NCBI GenBank assembly: GCA_044356455.1
Contig: JBIKWF010000007.1
Coordinates: 1-64,000 of the forward strand
Source: Bdellovibrionota bacterium
GTDB taxonomy: Bacteria; Bdellovibrionota_C; UBA2361; JBGSMV01
Reading direction: 5' to 3'
Length of the DNA stretch: 64,000 bases
The position numbers and the translations under genes are program-made. Positions 20,872 to 32,539 of this stretch are shown here, piece after piece. A model generated the notes under the pieces. It saw only the letters and a program-made list of their open reading frames with translations, was not told the origin of the DNA and searched no databases. Every line of letters starts with the position of its first letter. Positions within the stretch are counted from its first letter, which is position 1.

Positions 20872-21543
20872 ATGAGACAGTACCGGAGAAGAGAAGATGA
20901 GGAACAGGGCAGCGCCTCGTGGCTGTTAACCTTTTCAGATCTTCTCCTGCTCTTACTTACCACGTTCGTCCTTAAGCTCAGCATGGCGTCTCTAGAGAGC
21001 CAGAATCTGGCCTCTGGTCTGGGCATGACACTCGAGAGGTCAGTGCAGATTCAGGAGGCGTCTCTTCAGCTGGCCAAGATACTTAAGAAAAGGTTATCAG
21101 AAGCCATGGGTCCCCCAACTCCGCTTTCTGGAGAGAAGGCAGGTCTGCGGTTTGCTGAAGAAGTGACGCTCATGCTTGTGGACCGAGGCGTGGCGATCTC
21201 TTTGGGGGGCGGTAGATTCGTTCCCGGGAAACGAGAGCTTTCGCCCGAGACTGCAGATTTTCTCGCGCTACTTGTTCAGGCACTGAGAGAGTCCGCAATC
21301 TTTATTCGCATCGAAGGACATACCGACAGCACACCCATCGCAACAACTGAGTTCCCTTCGAATTGGGAGCTCTCGGCCGCGCGCGCCATATCAGTCGGTC
21401 AGTTTTTAGTTTCTCAGGGGATTGCGGGAAATAATATTACTGCGGTGGGTTACAGTGATACTCGGCCAGTAGCAGATAATTTCTCGGAAGTAGCACGGGC
21501 CAAGAATAGGCGCGTAGAGCTTCTTATTGAGCCCACCCTTTAG
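20872..21543 (+). CDS. motB: MotB-family stator subunit
   Basis: WLLTFSDLLLLLLTTFV with the conserved Asp; IEGHTD, SNWELSAARA, NRRVE. Confidence 0.88.
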   Translation: MRQYRRREDEEQGSASWLLTFSDLLLLLLTTFVLKLSMASLESQNLASGLGMTLERSVQIQEASLQLAKILKKRLSEAMGPPTPLSGEKAGLRFAEEVTLMLVDRGVAISLGGGRFVPGKRELSPETADFLALLVQALRESAIFIRIEGHTDSTPIATTEFPSNWELSAARAISVGQFLVSQGIAGNNITAVGYSDTRPVADNFSEVARAKNRRVELLIEPTL

Positions 21544-21700
21544 CACACGCGCGCAGTACCGCTCGCCGTAAGGCCTTCAACTGCCTGATTCTATGGGAAG
21601 TTTTGGCTTCGTGGATTAAGCCCTCAGATCAGGCTATCGAACAGGCCTGGCGCTTGAGGTTTCCGAAGTTTTGGCGCCCAAGTAGTACAAGGTAGTAGCA

Positions 21701-23803
21701 GTGTTAGACAAATCTGATGGCAGTGAACGTAGTGCGGGGACTTCTCGCGAAGGGACTTCCTTCGAGGGGCCTTCACCGTGGCCAAGACCTCCTCCCTCCG
21801 CTCCCGAAAAATCCCCCGGTTCTGCATCCAATCTCGGATCTGAATCTCTCCAGTCGCCAGAAGTTCCGAAACGAGAAGCTGGAATCGTTCAAAAGATTGA
21901 GACCCTTTCCTCTAAAGAAGAATTCGAACAAATCCTGCCCGAGATTCGTGCTGCTTTTGCCGAGGCTTCCTTGCCGCGCGAAGCGATCGTGGAAGCGCTT
22001 CGTCAGAGCGCCGAACGGGCAGTCTCTGCAGGTGACCTTGCGTATGCGGGGCTACTTCTCACCGAAGCCTTTCGGTTTGTAGATGAATATCCTGCCTTGG
22101 ATAAAACAACTGCCGCGCAAGTGCTCTTTAGTTTTGCAGCCGTTTCCATCATGGCGACGTCAGAATCTGGAGAGATGGTCACCGCAGCCGGCAAAGCAAT
22201 TGATCGGGCGCTTTCCCTGGCTGCGGAGTCCGGGTTTGCCACCACTGAGAACTATGGCGCAGCTTTGAGGCGTTTCACAGAAGCCTGTTCTGACGCCGGG
22301 CACTACGAACTTGCGGCAAGTTATTCTGAGTTCGAGTATAATTTTCTCGCGGAGCGTTTTGGTGAGAGAAGCTTCGAAGCGCTCATGTGCCGTATACGGA
22401 TAGTTGAGGGTTTTTTAGGGATGGGGAATCAAGAGGACGCCCTCGGCGAGGCGCTTGAGCTTCGCCATAAGCTGCCAGAGATTGATTCGCCCTATTACTT
22501 TACCACCGCGGTGATTGTAGAAGAATGTGCGGCCGACCTTTCACTGCGGGCTAAAGACCTCAGGTGCGCCTACGACATCGCTGAGGGAGCCATCGCGAGG
22601 CTGCTGCCACTTGCTACCGAAGAAACTGCGTCAAGTTTATCTGAGCTTTTTTATATTCGGGGCCGTGCCGGCTGGAGACTGGGACTAAGAGAACCTGCAC
22701 TTAACGACGTAGCAAAGGCCCTTGAGCTTGAGCGACAAGGAGATCTTTGTAGGCCGCATCTGCGAGTAGCCATGGGCCTTTGGCTCGCCAAAAGATATGC
22801 TTCACTTTGGGAGCCCTCAAAGGAGTCTGCGATAGTTGAGGAACTGCTGCAGGACTTAAAGGCAACGGGGAATGGGGGTAGTCCTCTCTTTAGGGAAGTT
22901 CTTGTCCATCAGATGTTCATGTTTCAACGTGAACGCGATATTCCGCGCATGAAAGCAGCTGCCTACGTGTATCATCATCATCTCATTTCGCATGAGGGGC
23001 CTGAGATTGAAATGATGCAGGGGCTCCAACATCTTGCCCATATTTGGTCGGCAGGCGGGCGTGAAGACAAGGCACATGCCTACGAAATCTTGGGAGAGGC
23101 TCTCGATATACTTGGACCCAGAGAAAAAGAATCTCCAAGTGTCACCCTTGAGCTTCTAAAGAACCGAATGTATCTCGCGGCAACTTGTAAGGGACGGAAA
23201 GTATTCGTCAGTGATTTTAAGCATGCGCTACAATTTTTAAAGACGAGCGCTTTTGAAAAAGTCAGGCTTCAAGAGGCAGAGCTGCGTCTTGAATATGCAG
23301 AGTGCCTACGCATCGTGGATGAGGGTGGTAAAGCCGCCCAGCAGCTACGCAAGGTAAAGAATCTCATCGGAGATGTCTCGCACGAAAACGCCCATCAGCA
23401 TCTTGAGTTCTTGGTGCAGAGTGCGCGCGCGGCTGAGGTGAGTGGAGATAATGAGCGCGCCGTTCGGTATTTTGCCAGGGCTAGAAAGCTTTGCTGGGAG
23501 AGAGGTGCGGCCACGGCTATTGCCGTTGCTGACTTGTGTCAGGGCTATGGCGAAGCGCTTCTTCAGAAATACCAGGGTGTGCGCGAGCCTCGATTGCTAC
23601 GAGGGGCTATTTCGATGCTTACCCAAGCTGAGCGACTCTACCGAGCACGACTCCTTGATAGGCTTCCCCTCTATCATCATACACTGTGCCTCATTCTTGA
23701 TATTCAGAGCGAGGCGCAGCTCCTTAGTCCAGAAAGTGAAATGAAGTTTCAGGCGCGTAAGCGGCGTTATGAGGAGCGATTCGGGGTGCCCGAGGGAGAT
23801 TAG
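21701..23803 (+). CDS. Large all-helical TPR-like protein; start uncertain
   Basis: 700-aa ORF with repeated A/L-rich helices (e.g. ALNDVAKALELE, AVRYFARARKL). Confidence 0.65.
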   Translation: MLDKSDGSERSAGTSREGTSFEGPSPWPRPPPSAPEKSPGSASNLGSESLQSPEVPKREAGIVQKIETLSSKEEFEQILPEIRAAFAEASLPREAIVEALRQSAERAVSAGDLAYAGLLLTEAFRFVDEYPALDKTTAAQVLFSFAAVSIMATSESGEMVTAAGKAIDRALSLAAESGFATTENYGAALRRFTEACSDAGHYELAASYSEFEYNFLAERFGERSFEALMCRIRIVEGFLGMGNQEDALGEALELRHKLPEIDSPYYFTTAVIVEECAADLSLRAKDLRCAYDIAEGAIARLLPLATEETASSLSELFYIRGRAGWRLGLREPALNDVAKALELERQGDLCRPHLRVAMGLWLAKRYASLWEPSKESAIVEELLQDLKATGNGGSPLFREVLVHQMFMFQRERDIPRMKAAAYVYHHHLISHEGPEIEMMQGLQHLAHIWSAGGREDKAHAYEILGEALDILGPREKESPSVTLELLKNRMYLAATCKGRKVFVSDFKHALQFLKTSAFEKVRLQEAELRLEYAECLRIVDEGGKAAQQLRKVKNLIGDVSHENAHQHLEFLVQSARAAEVSGDNERAVRYFARARKLCWERGAATAIAVADLCQGYGEALLQKYQGVREPRLLRGAISMLTQAERLYRARLLDRLPLYHHTLCLILDIQSEAQLLSPESEMKFQARKRRYEERFGVPEGD

Positions 23804-23934
23804 GGAACCTCTGAAAAAGGCCGCTCTGTGAACTCTGTGCCCTCTGTGGTCGAATTAAATTGTTGAAAAACCACAGAGGACACAGAGTTCACCGAGAAAA
23901 AAATAAGATAACTATTTTTTCAGGGGTTCCTTAG
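23800..23934 (+). mobile_element. MITE-like palindromic element, subtype B, perfect TTAG duplication; left TAG is the TPR gene stop
   Basis: ttag-ggaacctctgaaaaa...tttttcaggggttcc-ttag. Confidence 0.85.
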
Positions 23935-24033
23935 CCCGAGAGAGATTCGAGAGTGCGGTCTTAAGTCGAAGAGAAGGCCTGCGACTTTGGAATGTGCCGC
24001 AGTGGATATGCCCCTGCGGAAGTTTAATAAGCC

Positions 24034-24429
24034 TCACCAGTGCGTAGTAACTCCAGGTAACTCTGAAAAAAACGCATCTCCTGAAACTAAAGTGAGATCT
24101 TCTATCTTTGCCTGCATGGCGAGCAGCCTATCAAAGGGATCTCGATGTGGGTGAGATAACAGCCCCGCTGCAATCGCGTGATGATCGTCAATTGGTAGGG
24201 AGGTTGCACCAAGCTGAGCTATTACGCGCGGATAGATTTTGACCAGCTCATTTGCGGCGCTCAGCTTCCCGAGTCTGAATTTGGTTGCGATTTCAAGCGC
24301 CGAAACGGAACTTACAAATAACTGATTGTCAGTTGATGCAATTGCTGAGCGCGCATTCGCCGAGAGTCTGTCTGGCTCCATGAGGGCCCAAAGCAGCACG
24401 TGAGTATCTAGAAGTAATCTCTCGCTCAT
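24034..24429 (-). CDS. vapC: VapC/PIN-domain toxin
   Basis: LLLDTHVLLW, VSSVSALEI, HRDPFDRLL, LVSGD. Confidence 0.92.
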   Translation of the reverse strand: MSERLLLDTHVLLWALMEPDRLSANARSAIASTDNQLFVSSVSALEIATKFRLGKLSAANELVKIYPRVIAQLGATSLPIDDHHAIAAGLLSHPHRDPFDRLLAMQAKIEDLTLVSGDAFFSELPGVTTHW

Positions 24430-24430
24430 C

Positions 24431-24733
24431 TCAATTCTTATCTTTGCCCTTACGCTTGGTCATGCGAGAAGTTGAGTACGTTGGGCTAGTCTCATGCACG
24501 GCCGCGGCATCCCAGCCAGCTAGCTCGTCTTCGGGCAGTGGATCGAAAAATTCGGGTCCTACTGAACCAGCTATGAAGCCAAGTTTTCTCTCCGACGTGA
24601 TTGGAACCAGTTCAGCATAGGGCACGCCAGCTTTAGCAATTATAAAACGTTTCCCTTGAGCTACTTGCTCCAAGAGGGCGGAGAGATTTGTCTTTGCGGC
24701 GTGCACATTAATAACTTCGGCCCCCTTTTTCAT
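24431..24733 (-). CDS. Phd/YefM-family antitoxin
   Basis: INVHAAKTNLSALLEQVAQGKRFIIAKAGVPYAELVP...FFDPLPEDEL; directly upstream of the PIN toxin. Confidence 0.9.
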   Translation of the reverse strand: MKKGAEVINVHAAKTNLSALLEQVAQGKRFIIAKAGVPYAELVPITSERKLGFIAGSVGPEFFDPLPEDELAGWDAAAVHETSPTYSTSRMTKRKGKDKN

Positions 24734-24738
24734 AAACT

Positions 24739-24753
24739 TAGTTTACTAAACTA
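24739..24753. promoter_or_regulatory. Possible TA autoregulatory operator
   Basis: Inverted repeat tagttt-act-aaacta immediately upstream of the antitoxin ATG. Confidence 0.35.
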
Positions 24754-24841
24754 GACTAATATAATCAAGCTAAAACTTAAATTGCCCAAGACTAGCGAAA
24801 ACGTCTAACGTGTTGATTATATTATGACGCATCCGAAGGTG

Positions 24842-25012
24842 GCCTTCTCGGTGCCGCCGGGTTCTAAGCTACGTCGGAGGGTGAAATTGCTGCCAAGAAA
24901 TGTATGTTTCTACGAGCGTCCTTCGTACACCTGAACTTTGCAGGCGAGGGAAGTCGATATTGACTCAGACAAGTTTGCCAGCCAGGGCTAAGCTGGGGAG
25001 CAGGAAGAGGGC
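24842..25012 (-). ncRNA. ssrS: Candidate 6S RNA
   Basis: About 170 nt; by-eye fold is a rod with an imperfect closing stem, central bubble and apical stem; CTGAGTCAATAT and GGCGGCAC resemble 6S segments; lies downstream of an ftsY-like gene. Confidence 0.45.
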
Positions 25013-25180
25013 ATAACCAAATAGCGTCTGAGCGTGGTTAGTGCACGCCTGGGTGCGCATCAACCGGCAGTTCTCGTGCTTGACTGGATTCGCAATCTAT
25101 CAACCAGAAGCTGCGCGCCAAATTCATAACCGCAGCAAGCAGCGTCTGACCTGGCCCTCGGCGATAAGTTCCAGATTGCC

Positions 25181-26614
25181 TTACGGCCTTAGCTCTTCAG
25201 TCACCGAGCTCTCCTCATGGTCTGGAGATGCCTCATGGGTGCTAGCAGCCCAGAACGCTCTGCTGAGCGTGACTGGATTAAAGCCAGTGATTTCACGCCC
25301 TGAGTTCCCATAGTTCAAGTGCCACACAGGAATCTTAAGGCCCTCGGAAATCGCAATGAGCGCGCCAGGGGAGGGAATCTTGTCCACGTGCGTAAGCAGA
25401 AGACCTGAGAATGAACCTTCAGCGAGGAAGCGTTTTCCCTGTGTCAGCGCCTGTTCGGGTGAGCTCGCATCGAGTACGAGAATGGTATCATGCGGCGGAT
25501 AGGGCTGCTCTCTTGCAATCATGGCCGCGATGTTTGTTACTGCTTCGGATACCTTGCCCTTTGGCGTGAAACCAGAGGGTGTATCGAGAAGCAGCACATC
25601 TGCTTTTTCGTCTTGGGCGCGGTGAATTGCCTTGTAGGCGACGTGATGCGGTTTGCTGTTGACGATAGGAGCTACCACATCGAGTCCGTAGGTTGCCCTC
25701 CAAGAAGTGAGCGATATTCCAGACGTTCTATGATCGGGGGTGCAGTCAGCAAGCACCACACGGGCATTCATGGTGAGTGCTTCACGTGCCAACCCAACGG
25801 CCGCAGTTGTTTTGCCCGATTTCTCAGCCCCGACCAGGAGAAGAGTTCGGAGTCGTCTTTCACCTGCGGCTGGCTTCCAATTGATTGGGCCTGAAGTTGC
25901 GAATTTATCCTTGAAGCTTGCTTCAAAGAGCGCGGCAAGTACCGAGGGGCTTAAAGTTTCCGGGTGCCCGTTAGAGTCGGATTGAGCCAGCTGAGAAGCA
26001 ATTTGCTTTACGGTGCTTTCAGTGAGAAGGCTGTCGAGCTGATGGTCGCGCAGTGCTTTTCGCAAGATTTCGATGAATTTCTTGGGCCCATGATTGGAAG
26101 CAGCAGAGAGGGAAGTAAGGTCCCTGAAGAGGAGCTCTCGCCATGGCGTGAGCACTTCAATAAGGGTTGGTACGGATTCTTCTTCGACCACGGTCGTAGT
26201 TTCTGTCGGCGGCGTAGAAGGGGCTGGCTCTGCTGGAACTTCGGGTTCCTGCGCTTCAAGGCTAAGCCCAGCCGCGGGAGATTCAGCGATGCGCTCAAGA
26301 CGTTCGAGCCGCTCTTGCAGTTCGCGGTCGGTATCGCTCACCAATGCTAAGCCAGAGCCTCCCACTTGGCCCTTTGCAATTCGATCTTCGACATTTTCGA
26401 GGCGTGTTTCCGCAATGCCCATCTGCTTGGTGAGGTGCGTAGCGGTATTATTGAGCTTGGTGGTGAGGTCATCTAATCGAATGCTGAGCTCTTGTTCGCG
26501 CTCTCGGCCCGCACGAACCTCTCGCGCGAGAGCGCGGAGCAGAGATTGTCGTTGAAGACTGTGCGAGAGGAGTAAGATTCCAATTACGCACAGAGCAATT
26601 CCAAGCAGGGTCAT
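25181..26614 (-). CDS. Divergent FtsY/SRP-GTPase-like protein with N-terminal TM helix and coiled coil
   Basis: LLVGAEKSGKTT, ADVLLLDTPSG, PHDTILVLDA, LLLTHVD, LKIPV follow the FtsY motif order but are degenerate. Confidence 0.7.
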   Translation of the reverse strand: MTLLGIALCVIGILLLSHSLQRQSLLRALAREVRAGREREQELSIRLDDLTTKLNNTATHLTKQMGIAETRLENVEDRIAKGQVGGSGLALVSDTDRELQERLERLERIAESPAAGLSLEAQEPEVPAEPAPSTPPTETTTVVEEESVPTLIEVLTPWRELLFRDLTSLSAASNHGPKKFIEILRKALRDHQLDSLLTESTVKQIASQLAQSDSNGHPETLSPSVLAALFEASFKDKFATSGPINWKPAAGERRLRTLLLVGAEKSGKTTAAVGLAREALTMNARVVLADCTPDHRTSGISLTSWRATYGLDVVAPIVNSKPHHVAYKAIHRAQDEKADVLLLDTPSGFTPKGKVSEAVTNIAAMIAREQPYPPHDTILVLDASSPEQALTQGKRFLAEGSFSGLLLTHVDKIPSPGALIAISEGLKIPVWHLNYGNSGREITGFNPVTLSRAFWAASTHEASPDHEESSVTEELRP

Positions 26615-26839
26615 AAGACACTGACCTTTGAGCAATCAAATGTAGACGAGTCCAGCCAAGGGATACGTCGGCGTACCTCCAAAAAATGATGAGTCTTTAA
26701 GAGAGGGGGCATTTCCCCCTAGGGGGGAGACCTCGGGGGGCGGTAAAGATGAGCTAAAAAGCTAATATCGTTGAGAGAATTTTAGTCCTTTTCGGGCTCT
26801 CGAATTCCGACCACAATTTCGAGATAGTGCTCTCGGTAG

Positions 26840-28636
<1,797 letters not shown>

Positions 28637-28679
28637 TTTGCAAGATGTAGTGTCGTGATTTAGAAGGTCAGTGAAAAAC

Positions 28680-28817
28680 CTAAGGAAGCTCTGAAAAAAT
28701 CTGCTCTGTGAACTCTGTGCCCTCTGTGGTTAATTTAAATTGTTGAAAAACCACAGAGGGCACAGAGAACACGGAGGGAAAGAAATAAAATATCTAGGTT
28801 TTTCAGAGGTTCCCTAA
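28680..28817 (+). mobile_element. MITE-like palindromic element, subtype B, perfect CTAA duplication
   Basis: ctaa-ggaagctctgaaaaa...tttttcagaggttcc-ctaa. Confidence 0.85.
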
Positions 28818-28818
28818 G

Positions 28819-28871
28819 TAACGCGAAGGAATTCGAAGGTTAACTTCGCGATCTTCGTGTCCTTCGCGTTA
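28819..28871. repeat. TIR-less hairpin related to the repeat family
   Basis: taacgcgaagga...tccttcgcgtta with 9-bp periodic units. Confidence 0.55.
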
Positions 28872-28913
28872 AAGTTCCTTTACAAATCTTAAGAGCGTTT
28901 GCAACCAAACACA

Positions 28914-28957
28914 CTAGGAAACCTCTGAATATATCCTCCTTCGTGTTCTCCGTGGTT
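28914..28957 (+). repeat. Truncated left half of the MITE-like element
   Basis: ctag-gaaacctctgaata...cttcgtgttctccgtggtt. Confidence 0.5.
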
Positions 28958-29009
28958 GTTCTTCAAAAATCCCATTGAGACCATAAAGCCGAGGTAAAGA
29001 AGTTTCTCT

Positions 29010-30251
29010 ATGGCGCTTAATTTTGACTTGATGGTTGCAGGAGGAGGCGCGGCCGGCTACTTCGCCGCGCTGCGAGCTGCCGCAATCCAGCCCGGCGCCC
29101 GGGTGTGCATTCTTGAAAGTGGCAGAAAGGCACTCGAGAAAGTAAAGATCTCTGGCGGCGGACGCTGCAATGTTACCCATGCCTGCTTTGATCCCAAAGA
29201 TCTTATGGCCTTCTACCCCCGCGGAGCCAAAGAGCTTCGAGGAGCTTTCCACCGCTTTCAGCCGAAAGACACCATAGAATGGTTCGCACAGAGAGGCGTG
29301 CAGCTTAAAACAGAAGACGACGGCCGCATGTTTCCGGTTACTGACTCTTCTTCCACGATTCTTGAATGTTTTGAGAAGGAGCGCCTAGCCAGAGGCGTTG
29401 ACCTCTATCTTGGAACCGGAGTCGTAAGTGCAGAGAAGCAAGAGTCTGGTTTTAAGGTTGGCCTCTCTGATGGGCAAACATTCGAGACAAGAGCGCTCCT
29501 TTTAGCCTCAGGAAGCAGCCGCACAGGCCACGCCATTGCGCGCTCACTGGGACACACTATTACGCCGCTTGCTCCTTCGCTCTTTACTTTTAATTGCTCC
29601 GAGGCAGGGCTGCGAGAGCTGGCGGGAGTGGCCGCAGAGCGTGTTAGTGCATCGCTTTTTGTAGAGGGAAGGAAGGTTGCCTCAAGTGAGGGGCCGCTCC
29701 TTATTACGCATTGGGGACTTAGTGGTCCCGCGGTGCTCAAGCTTTCCGCCTGGGCGGCGAGGGAGCTTGAGGCTTCTAAGTACCATGCAGTGCTGCGTAT
29801 TGATTGGTGTCCTTCGCTCAAGGAAGAGCAGCTTAAGGCGGCGCTTCTTGAAGCAAAGGAGAGTCAAGCGCGCAAACTCATCGCCAAGAGCTCGCCTCTG
29901 GGACTTCCTCTGCGCCTTTGGGAATTTATCGTGCGAGAGCTCCTTTCAGATGGGGCAGATCGCCCTTGGGGACAAATGCGGCAAGAGTCTCTCCACGCAC
30001 TTGCTCGAAGCCTCAAAGCGTATGAGCTGAAGATTGATGGTAAAGGGCAGTTTAAGGAGGAGTTTGTGACCTGTGGCGGGGTCTTGCTCTCCGAGATAGA
30101 TTTTAGGTTCATGCAAAGCAAGCTTGTCCCTGGGCTCTATTTTGCGGGAGAGATTCTGGATATCGATGGCGTGACGGGGGGCTTCAATTTTCAGAGCGCT
30201 TGGACTACGGGGTGGATAGCAGGCAGTTCGGTAGGGGGCACTGCTTGGTAG
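29010..30251 (+). CDS. HI0933/BaiN-family flavoprotein (NAD(P)/FAD oxidoreductase)
   Basis: GGGAAG, KVKISGGGRCNVT, GRMFP, LITHWGLSGPAVL, FVTCGGV, GVTGGFNFQ. Confidence 0.92.
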   Translation: MALNFDLMVAGGGAAGYFAALRAAAIQPGARVCILESGRKALEKVKISGGGRCNVTHACFDPKDLMAFYPRGAKELRGAFHRFQPKDTIEWFAQRGVQLKTEDDGRMFPVTDSSSTILECFEKERLARGVDLYLGTGVVSAEKQESGFKVGLSDGQTFETRALLLASGSSRTGHAIARSLGHTITPLAPSLFTFNCSEAGLRELAGVAAERVSASLFVEGRKVASSEGPLLITHWGLSGPAVLKLSAWAARELEASKYHAVLRIDWCPSLKEEQLKAALLEAKESQARKLIAKSSPLGLPLRLWEFIVRELLSDGADRPWGQMRQESLHALARSLKAYELKIDGKGQFKEEFVTCGGVLLSEIDFRFMQSKLVPGLYFAGEILDIDGVTGGFNFQSAWTTGWIAGSSVGGTAW

Positions 30252-30280
30252 GGACTGGGATCGTTGTAAGGGAACAGAAG

Positions 30281-31348
30281 ATGATTCGATATTGGTGTGC
30301 GATTGTGGCTCTCTTTGTCTGCGTTGGGCTTGTTCATGCCGAGGGGGAAACCCCCTTTAAAGTAGGAGTTGTGCTTCCCCTCACAGGAGAGCTTGCTGAA
30401 TACGGCACAGCTGCGAAGAACGGAATTGAACTTGCAAAGAAGGAGCGGCCAGAGATTTTTTCTAATCTGTCCTTTGTTTTCGACGACTCGCAATACGATA
30501 GCAAGATGGCGCTCTCTAGTTTCAAGAGGCTCAAGAATGTGGAGGGGGTATCTGTCATTTACCTATGGGGATACGGACCTAGCCAGGTGGTAGCGTCGGT
30601 TGCCGAACAGGAAAAATTCCCCCTTTTCGCGGTGACCGGGGATAGGTCGGTTTCGTCTGACAGAAAGTATGTCGTAAGATTTGGTTACTCGATTGAGAAC
30701 ATCGCAAAGGCTCTGCTTGCACATACCAGGGCACACAATTTCAAAAAGCTTGGAGTTATAAAGACAGAATTGGCCTATATGAATGGGTTGATTGAAGCCA
30801 TGAAGGCTAATCTTGACGATTCGGAGCAGATTGAATTGGTCGAGACCTTCCAGTTCGGAGACTCTGACTTTAAGACGGTAATTGCTAAGCTGCGTCAGAG
30901 AAAGTTCGATTCACTCGGGGTATTTCTAATCGGTGGGCAGGCAAGTCAATTCTATCGTCAGAGTCACAAATTAGGTTACAAGCCTCAGACTTTCGGGACG
31001 GACTTCTTCGATAGCTTGAGCGTGGCGAAGGATGCTGAGGGCGCCATGGAAGGTGTGGTGTTCGCGGGGCCAGCCTATGACTCTGGGTTTGTCGCACGCT
31101 ATAAGGAGACCTTTGGCAACGACCTTCAAGTCGCTTGGGCCGCCAATAGCTACGAGTTCGCTATGCTTACTGCAGAGCTCTTCGGAAAGGACTCTTCCAC
31201 CAAGACCGCCGATAGTGTTCTTGAGCGCTACCGAAGTGCGTCTGCTGAGCGTGGCCATGCCGCGCGATATGTATATGACAAGGGCGACTTTGATTTTCAG
31301 GTAGCGCTTCGGCGAATCGAGGTTGATCGAATAGTGGACCTTCCCTAG
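30281..31348 (+). CDS. Orphan periplasmic binding protein (branched-chain amino acid/LivJ-like)
   Basis: Signal peptide; KVGVVLPLTGELAEYG..AKNGIELA, DDSQYD, DFKTVIAK. Confidence 0.8.
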   Translation: MIRYWCAIVALFVCVGLVHAEGETPFKVGVVLPLTGELAEYGTAAKNGIELAKKERPEIFSNLSFVFDDSQYDSKMALSSFKRLKNVEGVSVIYLWGYGPSQVVASVAEQEKFPLFAVTGDRSVSSDRKYVVRFGYSIENIAKALLAHTRAHNFKKLGVIKTELAYMNGLIEAMKANLDDSEQIELVETFQFGDSDFKTVIAKLRQRKFDSLGVFLIGGQASQFYRQSHKLGYKPQTFGTDFFDSLSVAKDAEGAMEGVVFAGPAYDSGFVARYKETFGNDLQVAWAANSYEFAMLTAELFGKDSSTKTADSVLERYRSASAERGHAARYVYDKGDFDFQVALRRIEVDRIVDLP

Positions 31349-31529
31349 GAGTTCGGAGTCGGAGATGGAACAGAAGGACTCGTGGCAATTAGGCATCCAC
31401 TTGCGCTAGATCCTGGGTTTCGGCATGTGCGAGAGGGCGATGTGGCCTTGTCTCCGCTGCTGGCTGAACTTTAAGCGCTGCTCAGGGCAAAGTTGAAAAA
31501 GTGCCAAGCTTAGGAGAAGCTCGCCGCCT

Positions 31530-32378
31530 ATGACAACCAAGGAAGTTCCAATAGCAAAGAACATCAAGGTAGGCGGGGCAAACAAGCTGCTCCTTATATC
31601 GGGCCCCTGCCAAATTGAGTCTTTAGATCATTGCCTGTTAATTGCCGACTTTTTGCAAAAGGCAGTCCAGTCCTTGCCGATTAACTTGGTCTTTAAATCC
31701 TCTTTCGACAAGGCCAACCGAACCAGCAGCAAGGGAAAGCGCGGAATTGGAATTGATGCGGGACTTGAGGTGCTTGCCAAGGTTCGAGAGAAAACAGGAC
31801 TTCCTGTTTTAACCGATATCCATTCGCCGGAGCAGGCCGCTCAAGCAGCCGGGGTTGTTGATGTGCTCCAAACACCTGCGTTCCTTTGCCGCCAGACAGA
31901 TTTATTGAAGGCAGTCGGGGCAACCGGTAAGCCCGTCAATGTAAAGAAGGGGCAGTTCTTGCATCCTGCTGATATGCAGTTTGTTGCCGAGAAAATTGCT
32001 TCCTCTGGTAACGAGAAGATTCTTCTCTGTGAGCGCGGGACGTCGTTCGGATACCGCGATCTTATCGTTGACCCGCGTAGCTTGCATATCATGAAGGGCC
32101 TTGGGTATCCCGTAGTGCTCGACGCTACTCACTCGGTTCAGAGTATGGGGTCTGCGGGTGCAGGAGGGGAGGGCTCCTCTGGTGGACATCGTGAGTTTAT
32201 TGAGCCTTTGGCTCGTGCGGGTGCTGCGCTAGGGATCGACGGGCTCTTTATCGAATGTCACGACAACCCGGAGCAGGCACCTTCGGATGGGCCTAGCATG
32301 CTGAGGCTCGCGGATGTTCCGCGGCTCCTTAAGAGCGTGTGCGCGATTAGGGAGGCCTATCTGTCGTCGGTAGGGTAG
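31530..32378 (+). CDS. kdsA: KDO 8-phosphate synthase
   Basis: GPCQIES, KSSFDKANRTS, PAFLCRQTDL, KKGQF, DATHSVQ, SDGP. Confidence 0.97.
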   Translation: MTTKEVPIAKNIKVGGANKLLLISGPCQIESLDHCLLIADFLQKAVQSLPINLVFKSSFDKANRTSSKGKRGIGIDAGLEVLAKVREKTGLPVLTDIHSPEQAAQAAGVVDVLQTPAFLCRQTDLLKAVGATGKPVNVKKGQFLHPADMQFVAEKIASSGNEKILLCERGTSFGYRDLIVDPRSLHIMKGLGYPVVLDATHSVQSMGSAGAGGEGSSGGHREFIEPLARAGAALGIDGLFIECHDNPEQAPSDGPSMLRLADVPRLLKSVCAIREAYLSSVG

Positions 32379-32402
32379 GGGGGGAGTTAGGTCACGCGAC
32401 TC

Positions 32403-32464
32403 TCTTAGTGGTCTTAATGGGATGTTATTAAAGACAACCACTAAGACCACAGAGAACACTAAGA
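32403..32464. repeat. Degenerate TIR-less hairpin of the CTTAGTG variant
   Basis: cttagtggtctt...aaccactaagaccacagagaacactaag, matching the hairpin at 46899. Confidence 0.6.
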
Positions 32465-32539
32465 CGAAGTAACTCCCGCTGAGGGTGGTGCGTCACGTAC
32501 TTGCTATTGTAGACTGCGACCTGCAGATTTCGGCCCCTT

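Noticed and set aside
19381..23803. Zorya (ZorAB) anti-phage system
   Set aside because: MotA is normal length with no long ZorA tail, and no ZorC/D/E-like helicase or nuclease is adjacent
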